A stretch of DNA of 64,000 bases from an uncultured Alphaproteobacteria bacterium (GTDB taxonomy: Bacteria; Pseudomonadota; Alphaproteobacteria; RF32; CAG-239), in NCBI GenBank assembly GCA_944392265.1, contig CALXWC010000003.1:4627-68626 (forward strand). Direction: 5' to 3'. How positions within the stretch are numbered: position 1 is the stretch's first letter; every line of letters begins with the position of its first letter. Position numbers and translations under genes: made by a program. The notes beneath the pieces are model-generated. The model did no database searches, was not told the DNA's origin, and worked only from the letters and a program-made list of their open reading frames with translations. This document shows positions 29,324-39,125 of this stretch, one piece after another.

Positions 29324-29960
29324 AAACATAAAAGTTATCTTTGTTGATTGGTATATCACCTTAACATCATTAATGTTCTTAAATAAACTGAAACTCGAAC
29401 ATCCTGATTTGTTTGAAAAAATTAATAATGAAATCTTTCATAATCAAGATGCTTGGCATTTGGAATGGGCCAGAGGTAAGCTTAATTATCATGATGCGGC
29501 AGAAAAAATTGCACAAGCAAATATTGTTAACAAGAATGAAGCCGAAGCTATTTTTAAGGATTGTTGTTCTCATCAATCAATTGACTATCCCGAGATTTTT
29601 GATTTGTTCTTAATTTTAAGAAAATACAATAAAAAAGTGGTGTTAGCGACTGATAATTGGGATATTTTTGAATATTATACCATTCCATCCATGCGGCTTG
29701 ATAGGTATTTTGATGAGATTATTTCTTCTCATAAAGAAGGATATTTGAAAAGAGATATTGTTAACTCTAAATTGCCTTTTTTTGAGAGATATTTGAAAGA
29801 AAACGGATTTTCTTATCAAGACGCCATATTAATTGATGATAGTTTGGTTACACAGCAGGCGGCCAAAGCTTGTAAACTTCCGGTTTTTGAGGTTAAAAAC
29901 AGCAAAGAAACACTTGATTTTGTTAGAAAAATTTTAAAGGAGTTTGAAAATGGCTTGTGA
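29313..29960 (+). CDS. HAD-superfamily-like hydrolase, paralog 2 (motif I DWYIT)
   Basis: About 215 aa with FVDWYITL, VVLATDNWD, and LIDDS. Collinear similarity to the upstream gene, and it overlaps that gene's 3' end. Confidence 0.6.
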   Translation: MNFENIKVIFVDWYITLTSLMFLNKLKLEHPDLFEKINNEIFHNQDAWHLEWARGKLNYHDAAEKIAQANIVNKNEAEAIFKDCCSHQSIDYPEIFDLFLILRKYNKKVVLATDNWDIFEYYTIPSMRLDRYFDEIISSHKEGYLKRDIVNSKLPFFERYLKENGFSYQDAILIDDSLVTQQAAKACKLPVFEVKNSKETLDFVRKILKEFENGL

Positions 29961-30480
29961 TATAGATGCTTTTGCTTTTTATTTGAATAAGCTTAAAGAA
30001 CTTCCTCGTTCCGGTTGGTTGGCAAGGAAAATTCCGGCACCGGAAAGTGTGGCGGAACATTCTTACGGAGTGGTGCTTTTAACGCTGCTTTTGGCTCCTA
30101 AACATCTTAATCTGGAAAAGTGCTTAAAAATGGCTATTTTGCATGATTTGCAAGAAGGTGTGGTTGGTGACTATACGCCTTATGATAACATTTCTGTTCA
30201 AGAAAAATCTTTAAGAGAAAAAGAGGCTATGCGTGTTATTGCTGAAAAATTAGGTAATATGGAGCTGTTGGATATTTTTGAAGAATATGAGCAAAACACT
30301 TCACCTGAGGCAAAATTTGTGAAGGATATGGATAGAATTGAGTGTATTTTGCAAGCAAAATATTATGACAATAAATATCACAGAAACAACGAGCTTTTTG
30401 AAGAATTTTTTCAATACGGTTCTGCTCGTCTTAATAAAAGCGAGAATATAGTTTCTGAAACAATCAGCAAAATCAAATAA
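29950..30480 (+). CDS. HD-domain phosphohydrolase (YfbR-like 5'-deoxynucleotidase family)
   Basis: AEHSYGV ... ILHDLQEGVVGDYTPYD ... DMDRIE. AAGGAG SD 7 nt before ATG 29950. Confidence 0.75.
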   Translation: MACDIDAFAFYLNKLKELPRSGWLARKIPAPESVAEHSYGVVLLTLLLAPKHLNLEKCLKMAILHDLQEGVVGDYTPYDNISVQEKSLREKEAMRVIAEKLGNMELLDIFEEYEQNTSPEAKFVKDMDRIECILQAKYYDNKYHRNNELFEEFFQYGSARLNKSENIVSETISKIK

Positions 30481-30486
30481 GTATTT

Positions 30487-31116
30487 TTAATTGCTAAAGT
30501 AACGGTTTATTGTATCCATAACCTTAACGTAATAACTGTCTTCATGCGGAACAAAGTCTTTAATGCTAACAGCTCCGGTATAGGGAATGTATTTGTCATC
30601 ATCTAAAAACAGACCGGAAACGTATATGGAATTTACTTTGTGATTAAACAGATTTTTCAAGTCATCAACAGAAGCTTCCAACAAGCCGTCAACCTCTTTG
30701 GGGTTGAGCTTGAATTGAGTTAAATCTTTATTTGTTTCAAGCAAATATGTCGGATTAAACTCATGATTAATATATCCGTCTTTTTCATACACATGGTTTA
30801 TGGTAAAAAGTTTGTTTAAGCTTTTAAAATCTACTTTTATGCCTAATTCTTCTTCAATATGCTTGATGCCGTCATGAGATGTTTCTCCGCTTTTGAGGTG
30901 ACCTGCGGAAGATATATCTAACAAACTTGGGTGAGTTGCTTGATTTTTACCTCTTAATTGAAGAAAAACTCGATGGTGTTTGTCAGGAGATTTTTTAACA
31001 ATCCAGCAATGGAAGGCTTTGTGCCACATTCCTTCTTTGTGTGCCTGAGAGCGCATAACGGAGCCTAATAAATTCATATTGCCATCATAAATGTCAATCA
31101 TATAATCTGTACTCAT
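30487..31116 (-). CDS. NUDIX hydrolase (IDI/YfcD-like)
   Basis: 209 aa with Nudix box SSAGHLKSGETSHDGIKHIEEELGI. Confidence 0.75.
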   Translation of the reverse strand: MSTDYMIDIYDGNMNLLGSVMRSQAHKEGMWHKAFHCWIVKKSPDKHHRVFLQLRGKNQATHPSLLDISSAGHLKSGETSHDGIKHIEEELGIKVDFKSLNKLFTINHVYEKDGYINHEFNPTYLLETNKDLTQFKLNPKEVDGLLEASVDDLKNLFNHKVNSIYVSGLFLDDDKYIPYTGAVSIKDFVPHEDSYYVKVMDTINRYFSN

Positions 31117-31195
31117 GGTTAAATCTCCTGTTTTTCAGTGAAATCATATAATGAGCATAAAGCACAATTATTAATAATAATATAACGATAAATGA

Positions 31196-31675
31196 TTATT
31201 TTTCAATATGTTGTTCGTGGCTTAAGTGTAAAATAGGGTGAGGGCGTCTGTTGCCGTCTTTTTCATCTCTTGAGATGATGTTATATCCCATATGCAAGTA
31301 AAAGCCCAGGGCTTTAGAATTTTCTTCGTTAACATCAATTAATGTTATGTTAAGTTCATTAAGAGCAAATGTAAGAAGCTTCTTGCCTAAGCCAAGCCCC
31401 ATAAATTGAGGAAGAATAAATAACATCTCAACTTTGTTTTCTGTAACCCCCATAAAACCGGCAATTTGTTTTTGAATGCGAATACCGTATAACTTTACTT
31501 GAGGCAAAGCATATTTTATAACATACGGTTTATAAAAAGAAATTTCTTCTTCTTGCAAAAAATGGTGTGTTGCGCGAACTGAAGTTTCCCAAACACTTAA
31601 AATTTCAGGATAATCTTTAGCGTTTAAATTCTCTATGTTTTGATTATTGGGCAAAATAGAGCGCGCCTTTAACAT
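31196..31675 (-). CDS. GNAT family N-acetyltransferase
   Basis: 159 aa with motif MGLGLGKKLLTFAL. Confidence 0.75.
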   Translation of the reverse strand: MLKARSILPNNQNIENLNAKDYPEILSVWETSVRATHHFLQEEEISFYKPYVIKYALPQVKLYGIRIQKQIAGFMGVTENKVEMLFILPQFMGLGLGKKLLTFALNELNITLIDVNEENSKALGFYLHMGYNIISRDEKDGNRRPHPILHLSHEQHIEK

Positions 31676-33413
31676 CTTTGCCGTCTTCTTGTCTTAAAAC
31701 GACCTCATATTTGTTAATATGAGCAAAGCCTTTGTTATTAAGTAGTTGTTCTAAGTAATTGATATTATATACATATCTTCCGGCTTCATTTAGTTCGTAA
31801 TCACCATCTTTAGTTAAAACTTCCACAGAAAAACAAATTTTTTGTCCTTTTAACGCATCTAACAGAGGAGACAAATTGCCTATGTATCCGAACACATCTG
31901 CAGCAATTACAAAGCTTGGGTTGATTTCTTTTATTTTTTGTTGGCAAAAAGCGGTGATATCTGCTTTGATTAATTTTTCATATATGTTTTTTTCAGCGGC
32001 TTTTTTCAACATTTTTTTAGAAATATCAATACCGATTATTTGATTTTCAGGAGTTTTAAGAGCTTGACCGACCAAGCCTGAACCACATCCCAAATCCACA
32101 ATGGTACCTTTAACATTTCCTGCAAGCTCTCTAATGCGCTCTGGTAGGCTGTAATTAATCTTCTGAGCGACCAGCTCATAATTATTAGCAAAATTGTCAA
32201 ACAACTTTTCACTAAAAACTTGATTATTTTCAATTTTTTCTCCTAAGAAAGAGGCTTTTGTGTGTTGGGCATAAACATTATCTGCATTTATTCTAACCCA
32301 GTTTTCTGCAATTTTTAATGCAGTTTCCGGATCTTCTCTGTGAAATAAAATTAGCGTTTCAGCAATGTTTATGGAATAAGTTTCGTTTTTAGGATCTCTT
32401 GCTAAAGAGTTGAAAAATAAACCTAATGCTTCATCATAGCTTTTTAAGTCTTTTAATATTAATCCAATATTATTGCTAGCTTCTGCAGAATCAGGATTGA
32501 TGACAACTGCCGCTCTGTATTCATCTAAAGATTCAGAAATTCTGTTTTCTTTATAAAGCATATTGGCATAGTTTAGGTGTGCATCAAAGTCTTGAGGGTT
32601 AAGATCTAGTAGTTTTTTATATTTATCTTGTGCCGAAGCAAAATTGTTTTCATTGGTTTCAATATTGGCCATATTAATAAGAGCCAAATTGTTGTTTGGA
32701 TTAGATGAAAGAGCAGTTTGAAAATTTGTTTTTGCTTCATTAATATTGTTTTGGGTTAAATAAATTAAACCGAGGAGGGCTAAGACCTCATCATTTTTAG
32801 GGTCTATTTTTTTTGCATTTTCACCATGGGCTATAGCTTCTTTAACATTACCTTGTTCAAAATTTATGTGGCATAAGAAATATTGACACAAAATATTTTC
32901 TGGGTGCTGATTGTCAATTTCATTTAAAAATTTAAGGGCTTTATCAACATCCGTATCATAATAAGTCATGGCCAGACGAACTTTGGCATCAATATAATCA
33001 GGATCTTTATTTAAGGCGGTTAAAAAAGCTTTTTGCGCATCGCTTATTTTGTTTAATCTTTGGTAAGCTAGGCCTTGTTGGTAATAAATTTCTTTTTCAT
33101 CTGGAGCTAAATCGAGGGCTTTTTGCAGATTGTCCAAAGCTTCAATGTTTTTACCCTGAGCCATTAAAGATATGGCAATATTAAAGTAAAAAGGAGCGTG
33201 TTTGGGAGCGTTTTTTATGGCTTGATAGAATAGCTCCATAGCTTGATTGTGAATGCCTTTGCTTTGAGCTATTAATCCTAATAAATTTAAAATATCAGGG
33301 TTGTTGGGCGACACTTCCAATATTTGACGATATAGTTGCTCTGCAGCATCAAAATTACCTTCTTCATGAGCCTTTATTGCTTGTTGAAATAATAGATCGT
33401 ATGACATAGCCAC
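31644..33413 (-). CDS. TPR-repeat protein fused to a class I SAM-dependent methyltransferase
   Basis: 589 aa. About 10 TPR-like repeats in the N-terminal 380 aa, then SAM motif I IVDLGCGSGLVG. Confidence 0.8.
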   Translation of the reverse strand: MAMSYDLLFQQAIKAHEEGNFDAAEQLYRQILEVSPNNPDILNLLGLIAQSKGIHNQAMELFYQAIKNAPKHAPFYFNIAISLMAQGKNIEALDNLQKALDLAPDEKEIYYQQGLAYQRLNKISDAQKAFLTALNKDPDYIDAKVRLAMTYYDTDVDKALKFLNEIDNQHPENILCQYFLCHINFEQGNVKEAIAHGENAKKIDPKNDEVLALLGLIYLTQNNINEAKTNFQTALSSNPNNNLALINMANIETNENNFASAQDKYKKLLDLNPQDFDAHLNYANMLYKENRISESLDEYRAAVVINPDSAEASNNIGLILKDLKSYDEALGLFFNSLARDPKNETYSINIAETLILFHREDPETALKIAENWVRINADNVYAQHTKASFLGEKIENNQVFSEKLFDNFANNYELVAQKINYSLPERIRELAGNVKGTIVDLGCGSGLVGQALKTPENQIIGIDISKKMLKKAAEKNIYEKLIKADITAFCQQKIKEINPSFVIAADVFGYIGNLSPLLDALKGQKICFSVEVLTKDGDYELNEAGRYVYNINYLEQLLNNKGFAHINKYEVVLRQEDGKDVKGALYFAQ

Positions 33414-33483
33414 TCCTTAAAACTTTGTTCGTTCATATGTTAGCAAAAAAAATGTTAAAATCTACATAATTTTAAAAAAATAC

Positions 33484-33512
33484 TTGAAATTTTGTTGTTT
33501 TTGGTGTAGTTA
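33484..33512 (+). promoter_or_regulatory. candidate sigma70 promoter of rpsD
   Basis: TTGAAA, 17 nt spacer, TAGTTA. This would give a leader of about 95 nt. Confidence 0.35.
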
Positions 33513-33611
33513 TCAACATACTTCCGGGAATGAGGGTAAAATACCCCGTTTGGAGATATAACCAAAACTACCGGGACAATAATAAAATCTTATAATAAAA
33601 GGAAAATTTTA

Positions 33612-34226
33612 ATGAAAAGTATTGTTAATGCAAAAAGAAAATTAGACCGTCGTTTCGGTGTTAATTTGTGGGGAAATACAAAATCTCCTTTGGATAAAAG
33701 AGAATATGCTCCGGGTCAACATGGTCAAAGAAGAAAAAAACCTACTGACTACGGTGTTCAATTAATCGCCAAACAAAAAATGAAATTTTACTATGGTAAC
33801 GTTTCAGAAAAACAATTCCACAAATATTATGTAGAAGCTATCAGAAGAAGCGGTGACGCTGCTGAAAACTTTGTTGGTATTTTGGAATCTCGTTTGGATA
33901 ACTTGGTTTATAAAGCAAAATTTGTTCCAACTATTTTTGCTGCTCGTCAATTTGTAAACCATGGTCATATCTTGGTTAACGGCAAAAGAGTTAACATTCC
34001 TTCTTATATGGTTAAAGCCGGTGATGTTATCGAAATTCGTGAAAAATCTAAATCTTTGCCTATCGTAGCTGCTGCTTTGGAAGCCGGAAACAGAGATTTC
34101 CCTGGCTACTTGGAAGTTGATGCTAAGAAGATGACCGCTAAATATTCTTTTGTTCCTAAATTTGCAGACATTCCTTATGCTGCTCAAATGGAACCAAACT
34201 TGGTTATCGAATACTATTCAAGATAA
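33612..34226 (+). CDS. rpsD: 30S ribosomal protein S4
   Basis: 204 aa starting [21 protein letters not shown], with an S4 RNA-binding domain ([11 protein letters not shown]...[14 protein letters not shown]). Confidence 0.95.
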   Translation: MKSIVNAKRKLDRRFGVNLWGNTKSPLDKREYAPGQHGQRRKKPTDYGVQLIAKQKMKFYYGNVSEKQFHKYYVEAIRRSGDAAENFVGILESRLDNLVYKAKFVPTIFAARQFVNHGHILVNGKRVNIPSYMVKAGDVIEIREKSKSLPIVAAALEAGNRDFPGYLEVDAKKMTAKYSFVPKFADIPYAAQMEPNLVIEYYSR

Positions 34227-34252
34227 TAAGTATCATCAGAGCATTTTGCAAG

Positions 34253-34284
34253 GCCTTGAGATTGTATATATCTCAAGGCTTTTG
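34253..34284 (+). terminator. terminator after rpsD
   Basis: 10 bp hairpin gccttgagat ... atctcaaggc followed by TTTT. Confidence 0.8.
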
Positions 34285-34354
34285 CTTTAAATTATAAAAA
34301 AAATGTGTTTTTATATTTATCAGTAAATGAATCTCATAAAAGGCTGATAAAAAA

Positions 34355-36331
34355 ATGCATGATGTTATTATTGATGACAGACAAACGAGCTATGTTGTAA
34401 CGTCTAAAGTTGACGATAAAATGGCTAATACTCCTCAAAAGAGAATCTCGAAGGTATTAAGAAGCTCTTTCGTAGATAATCTTTTAGATTGGTTTATTAA
34501 GGCTGTATTACTTTCTTCTTTGATTACATTGGATTTTTTCCTCTATATGGGGGCCGGAAGCTATAATGCCTTTTCTTCTTTTTCTTTTTTTACGCCCGAA
34601 GTTGGTTTTATTTTGATTGCAATTATAGCAATTAGCTTTGTTTTGATGTATCTTGTGTCTTTTTTTAAGATTTTGCAAAATTTGTTGTTATCTTTTGTTT
34701 TGGCTTTTTTTGTAATTGCATTTTTAAATCAGTTTGCTGCTTTTGATAAAAACGCCATGCTTTCTAGCTTGGTGGCAACTTATATATCTTCAGATTTGGG
34801 ATTGCTCTTAACATATGTTTCGCATGTGGTTTTAGCAATAGTTATGGGTTTTATATTCTTTTTATTTTTAACTTATACTACAAAGACTAAAATTTTTGCT
34901 TTAACTGTTATTGTTTTGCTTGCCAATGCGTTTGTTTTATTCTCTCAACTCATAGATGATAATAATGGGCAAAAATTTTTGACAACAAATGATCGAACCG
35001 TTTTGTCTATGGATAATCAAGGAAAACGTTTTGTTTTTATTGGTTTGCCTGATTTGAGTTCTTTTTCTTATTTCCAAAATTTGAAACAAAATATGCCTAA
35101 AGAAGTTTTAGAAATAAAAGAATTGCAAAAAAATATGGATATTGCTTTAGGCTTTTATAAAAAGAACAATTTTATGTTCTATCCACAGTCTTATGTCTTA
35201 TCAAATAATGCTGATACTAATTTAGCTCAAACTTTGAATGCTAACAATACTAAGAATGTTGATGATTATGTACATAAAAATGTGGTTTCTGACCATTTTT
35301 GGAATTTTAATTTACTTAATAAAAAAGATACTTTCTTGAAAGAAGCTAAATTATATGATTCTTTCAAAAAAAGTAATTTTTCATTAAATGCATATCAAAA
35401 TCAAGGGTTGGAATTTTGTAAAATAAACGGAGAGTTTGTAGTCGAAAAATGTATTGAAAAGAATAACTTGCCGATTGATTTTGGAAAGATAAAAATATCA
35501 TTGTTACAAAGAATAGAAGTAATTTTGGCTCAATGGTTAGAGAGCACGGGGTTATTTGATGATATGTCTTCAGCTTATTCTTCTTTAAGAGTTGTTGCTG
35601 ATGCAGATAAAATTCCGATGATTGGTATTTCTTATGATAATATTGGTATAAAAAATAGTCTTGATGTTTTGCCTCTGCTTGCTAAAGATATTGCTACACA
35701 AAAAGGAAATCAAGCATATTTTGTTAATTTGAATTTGCCTAATCAAACGTATATTTATGATGAATTTTGTCAGGTTAAACAAATTAATGAATGGGAAAAC
35801 AAGAAAGATTTACCTTGGTCTAAAAAAATTAGTCTTGCTGATAAGAGAAAAGCATATTATCAACAAACTCGTTGTATCTACGGGGCATTACAAGATTTTA
35901 TAAATAGTATTCCTCAAGAAAACTTAGAAAACACAGTTATTGTAATTCAAGGCTTGAGTGGATTTGATGGCTTGTATTCTGTTCCGGAAAACGCTAACTT
36001 TGTTGATGAATTCATGAATGCTAAGTTTGTTGATGTGGCAATTTTGGATACTAAGAAATCTCCATTCGTTGTTAACAATCAGGTTTGCTCAGCTCCAAAT
36101 GTATTGAAACAATATTTGTATATGCAAAATAGTTGTGATGAATTGAATAATTTGAATCTTAAATCAGATTTACGTCAGAAAATTTTAGATTCATTACATT
36201 CTTTCAAAATTGAAGAAAAACAAATAGATGATGCCTTAAAAACTTATGATGATTGGTATCAGGCATGGTTGAAAATAAACAAACCTTTTTCCATCAAGCC
36301 AAAAACATTGCCTAAAAAAGCTACGAAATAA
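34355..36331 (+). CDS. polytopic membrane protein with a large extracytoplasmic C-terminal domain, unknown function
   Basis: 658 aa. About 5-6 TM helices in residues 45-200, then a ~450 aa soluble domain. The architecture resembles EptA/LtaS/OpgB-type transferases, but I could not find their catalytic motifs. Confidence 0.6.
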   Translation: MHDVIIDDRQTSYVVTSKVDDKMANTPQKRISKVLRSSFVDNLLDWFIKAVLLSSLITLDFFLYMGAGSYNAFSSFSFFTPEVGFILIAIIAISFVLMYLVSFFKILQNLLLSFVLAFFVIAFLNQFAAFDKNAMLSSLVATYISSDLGLLLTYVSHVVLAIVMGFIFFLFLTYTTKTKIFALTVIVLLANAFVLFSQLIDDNNGQKFLTTNDRTVLSMDNQGKRFVFIGLPDLSSFSYFQNLKQNMPKEVLEIKELQKNMDIALGFYKKNNFMFYPQSYVLSNNADTNLAQTLNANNTKNVDDYVHKNVVSDHFWNFNLLNKKDTFLKEAKLYDSFKKSNFSLNAYQNQGLEFCKINGEFVVEKCIEKNNLPIDFGKIKISLLQRIEVILAQWLESTGLFDDMSSAYSSLRVVADADKIPMIGISYDNIGIKNSLDVLPLLAKDIATQKGNQAYFVNLNLPNQTYIYDEFCQVKQINEWENKKDLPWSKKISLADKRKAYYQQTRCIYGALQDFINSIPQENLENTVIVIQGLSGFDGLYSVPENANFVDEFMNAKFVDVAILDTKKSPFVVNNQVCSAPNVLKQYLYMQNSCDELNNLNLKSDLRQKILDSLHSFKIEEKQIDDALKTYDDWYQAWLKINKPFSIKPKTLPKKATK

Positions 36332-36343
36332 ATGGAATAAATA

Positions 36344-37378
36344 ATGTTTTTTGCTCAAAGATTTGCTTCAAAAAAAAATACAAAGCTTTGCTTTTTTAAG
36401 CAAAATAAAAGAGCATATATTTCTTTTTTGTGTTTGACATTTTTATTCGTTCTTTCTTTGTTTGCAGAAATTTTGGCTAACGACAAACCTTTGTTTCTTA
36501 AATATGAGGGAGATTTTTATTTTCCGATATTTAAAGAATATACGGATGCCACATTTGGTGGAGATTTTCCAACACCGGCTGATTATAAAGACCCGATTAT
36601 TGTTAAAAATATTCAGGAAAAGGGTTGGATGATTATGCCTTTAATTCCGTTTTCTTATAATACGGTGGATTATGATATTGAAGGCTCAACACCGTCTAAA
36701 CCATCTGCTTCTCATTGGTTGGGCACAGATGAAGAGGGGCGAGATATTTTAGTCAGATGTTTGTATGGTTTTAGATTATCTTTGATATTTGCGGTTTTGC
36801 TGACTTTCTTTTCTTCTGTTATCGGAATTATTGCCGGTGCTCTCCAAGGTTATTTTGGTGGTAAAATTGATCTTTTCTTTCAAAGATTTATGGAAATTTG
36901 GGAAACTTTGCCCCAGCTTTTTATAATCATTATTATTGCCAGCATATTTACGCCAAGCTTTTTTAATTTATTGATTATACTGATTTTATTTTCTTGGGTA
37001 AGCTTAACCGGAATGGTGAGGGCAGAGTTTTTGCGCTCAAGAAATATGGAATATGTGAAGGCGGCTAAAGTTATGGGCGCCGGTCATGCACGCATTATTT
37101 TTAAGCATATTTTACCCAATGCCATTGTAGCAACCATAACGTTTGTTCCGTTTTTGCTGGCGGATGGAATTGTGGCTCTGACATCTTTAGATTTTTTAGG
37201 CTTAGGATTACCTCCGGAATATCCTTCTTTAGGAGATTTAGTCAGACAAGGTAAAGATAATCTGCAAGCCCCTTGGATTGGAATTACAATCTTTTGCGTT
37301 TTATCTGTCTTGTTGAGTTTATTGATATTCATCGGGGAAGGGGTAAGAGACGCTTTTGATACAAGGAAGAATAACTAA
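36344..37378 (+). CDS. yejE: ABC transporter permease, OppC/YejE-like
   Basis: 344 aa. Long N-terminal periplasmic loop after TM1, typical of YejE, and EAA-type loop EYVKAAKVMGAGHARIIFKHILPN. Confidence 0.8.
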   Translation: MFFAQRFASKKNTKLCFFKQNKRAYISFLCLTFLFVLSLFAEILANDKPLFLKYEGDFYFPIFKEYTDATFGGDFPTPADYKDPIIVKNIQEKGWMIMPLIPFSYNTVDYDIEGSTPSKPSASHWLGTDEEGRDILVRCLYGFRLSLIFAVLLTFFSSVIGIIAGALQGYFGGKIDLFFQRFMEIWETLPQLFIIIIIASIFTPSFFNLLIILILFSWVSLTGMVRAEFLRSRNMEYVKAAKVMGAGHARIIFKHILPNAIVATITFVPFLLADGIVALTSLDFLGLGLPPEYPSLGDLVRQGKDNLQAPWIGITIFCVLSVLLSLLIFIGEGVRDAFDTRKNN

Positions 37379-38959
37379 ATGAATGATATATTGGAAGTAA
37401 AAAATCTTTCGATTTCTTTTGTTAATCGCTTTGCTCAGGCAAAAGAGGTTGTTTCTGATGTTTCATTTAGTTTGAAGCAAGGCGAAGTTTTAGGAATAGT
37501 TGGTGAATCTGGTTCCGGAAAATCTGTTACAGCTTTATCTATTTTGGGGCTGTTGCCGTTTCCTAAAGCAAGGCTTGGAGAAAAAAGCAAGATTTATTAT
37601 AAAAACACTCAATTGAACGGGTTATCTGAAGCAGAGTTACAAAAAATCAGAGGCGGAAAAATTGGTTTTGTTTTTCAAGAACCTATGTCTTCACTGAACC
37701 CATTACACAAGATTGGCAAACAAATTGCCGAGACAATTTTATTGCATCAGAATGTGAATATAAAGACAGCTCGTCAAAAAACTCTTAGATTGCTCAAAAT
37801 GGTGGGCATAAAAAATGCCAGAACAAGGATGGACGCTTTTCCATATGAACTTTCCGGCGGACAAAGACAGCGCGTGATGATTGCAATGGCAATTGCAAAT
37901 GAGCCGGATATATTGATTGCTGATGAACCGACAACGGCATTAGATGTGACAATTCAAAAACAAATATTGGATTTATTGTTGGAATTGAAGAAAAAAATGA
38001 ATATGTCTGTTTTGTTTATCAGCCATAATTTGAATGTGGTAAGAAACTTTGCCGACAGAGTTTGTGTAATGAAAAGTGGTAAAATTGTGGAGCAGGGAAC
38101 GGTTGAAGATATTTTTCAAAGCCCTAAACATAGTTATACCAAAACTTTAATATACTCAAACAACATATTGAATAAAAATAATATATTTTATAAAGAAAAT
38201 ATATTGAAAGTTGAGAATTTGAATGTTGTTTTCCCATTAAAAAAGAACTTTTGGGGTAGGACGGTGCTCTCATTGCAAGCGCTAAAAGATTTTAATCTGA
38301 CGCTGCAAAAGGGTAAAATATTAGGAATAGTTGGGGAATCTGGCTCCGGAAAATCTACATTTGCGCTGTCTTTGGTGGGGTTGAATAAATATTTAGGCAA
38401 TATTTATATTGATAATCAAGATGTTAAGACATTTTCTAAACATGATAAAGCCCGAATGCAAATTGTGTTTCAAGACCCATACAATTCTTTAGACCCTAAA
38501 ATGACGATTAAAGAGATTATTCAAGAGGGATTGGATATTCATTTTCCTAAAATGCCTGAAAAACAAAAATATGAGCAAGTAAAACAAGTGGTGTTTGAAG
38601 TGGGCTTAAAAGAAGAAGACTTGGCAAAATATCCGCACGAATTTTCAGGAGGACAACGTCAGCGCGTTGCTTTGGCCAGGGCATTGATATTGAAACCAAG
38701 CATATTGATTTTAGATGAGCCGACATCTGCATTGGATGTAGAAATTCAAAAACATATTCTGGAGCTGTTATTAAAAATTCAGGCCGAAAGAAATTTGACT
38801 TATATATTTATATCTCATGATATGAATGTGGTTAAAAACTTGTCTGATGAAATCCTGGTCTTAAAAGATGGTCAAATTGTTGAGATGGGAAAAACGGAAG
38901 ATGTCTTTAATCATCCGCAAAATGATTACACAAAAAATTTAATTGCGGCTAGTTTTTAA
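37379..38959 (+). CDS. yejF: ABC transporter ATP-binding protein with duplicated ATPase domains, YejF-like
   Basis: 526 aa. Two Walker A motifs (GESGSGKS twice) and two signatures ([18 protein letters not shown]). Confidence 0.88.
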   Translation: MNDILEVKNLSISFVNRFAQAKEVVSDVSFSLKQGEVLGIVGESGSGKSVTALSILGLLPFPKARLGEKSKIYYKNTQLNGLSEAELQKIRGGKIGFVFQEPMSSLNPLHKIGKQIAETILLHQNVNIKTARQKTLRLLKMVGIKNARTRMDAFPYELSGGQRQRVMIAMAIANEPDILIADEPTTALDVTIQKQILDLLLELKKKMNMSVLFISHNLNVVRNFADRVCVMKSGKIVEQGTVEDIFQSPKHSYTKTLIYSNNILNKNNIFYKENILKVENLNVVFPLKKNFWGRTVLSLQALKDFNLTLQKGKILGIVGESGSGKSTFALSLVGLNKYLGNIYIDNQDVKTFSKHDKARMQIVFQDPYNSLDPKMTIKEIIQEGLDIHFPKMPEKQKYEQVKQVVFEVGLKEEDLAKYPHEFSGGQRQRVALARALILKPSILILDEPTSALDVEIQKHILELLLKIQAERNLTYIFISHDMNVVKNLSDEILVLKDGQIVEMGKTEDVFNHPQNDYTKNLIAASF

Positions 38960-38961
38960 AT

Positions 38962-39037
38962 GGGCTTTTAGAACGAGCTCGTGGATAATTATGCGCTGAT
39001 TTTAATTTTGCTCGTTCTGAGAGCCCTTTTCTTTGGG
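38962..39037 (+). terminator. long-stem hairpin with T-rich tail (probable yejF terminator)
   Basis: The 17 nt arms gggcttttagaacgagc and gctcgttctgagagccc pair fully only as plus-strand RNA, with two U-G wobbles. 31 nt loop, followed by ttttcttt. Confidence 0.6.
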
Positions 39038-39125
39038 TATAATATTTATTTATCATAATATATATTATGCGACAAAATGTATTGAGGTCTTTACGGCGCC
39101 CTCTGTTTCTCTCCCTCTATTTTTT

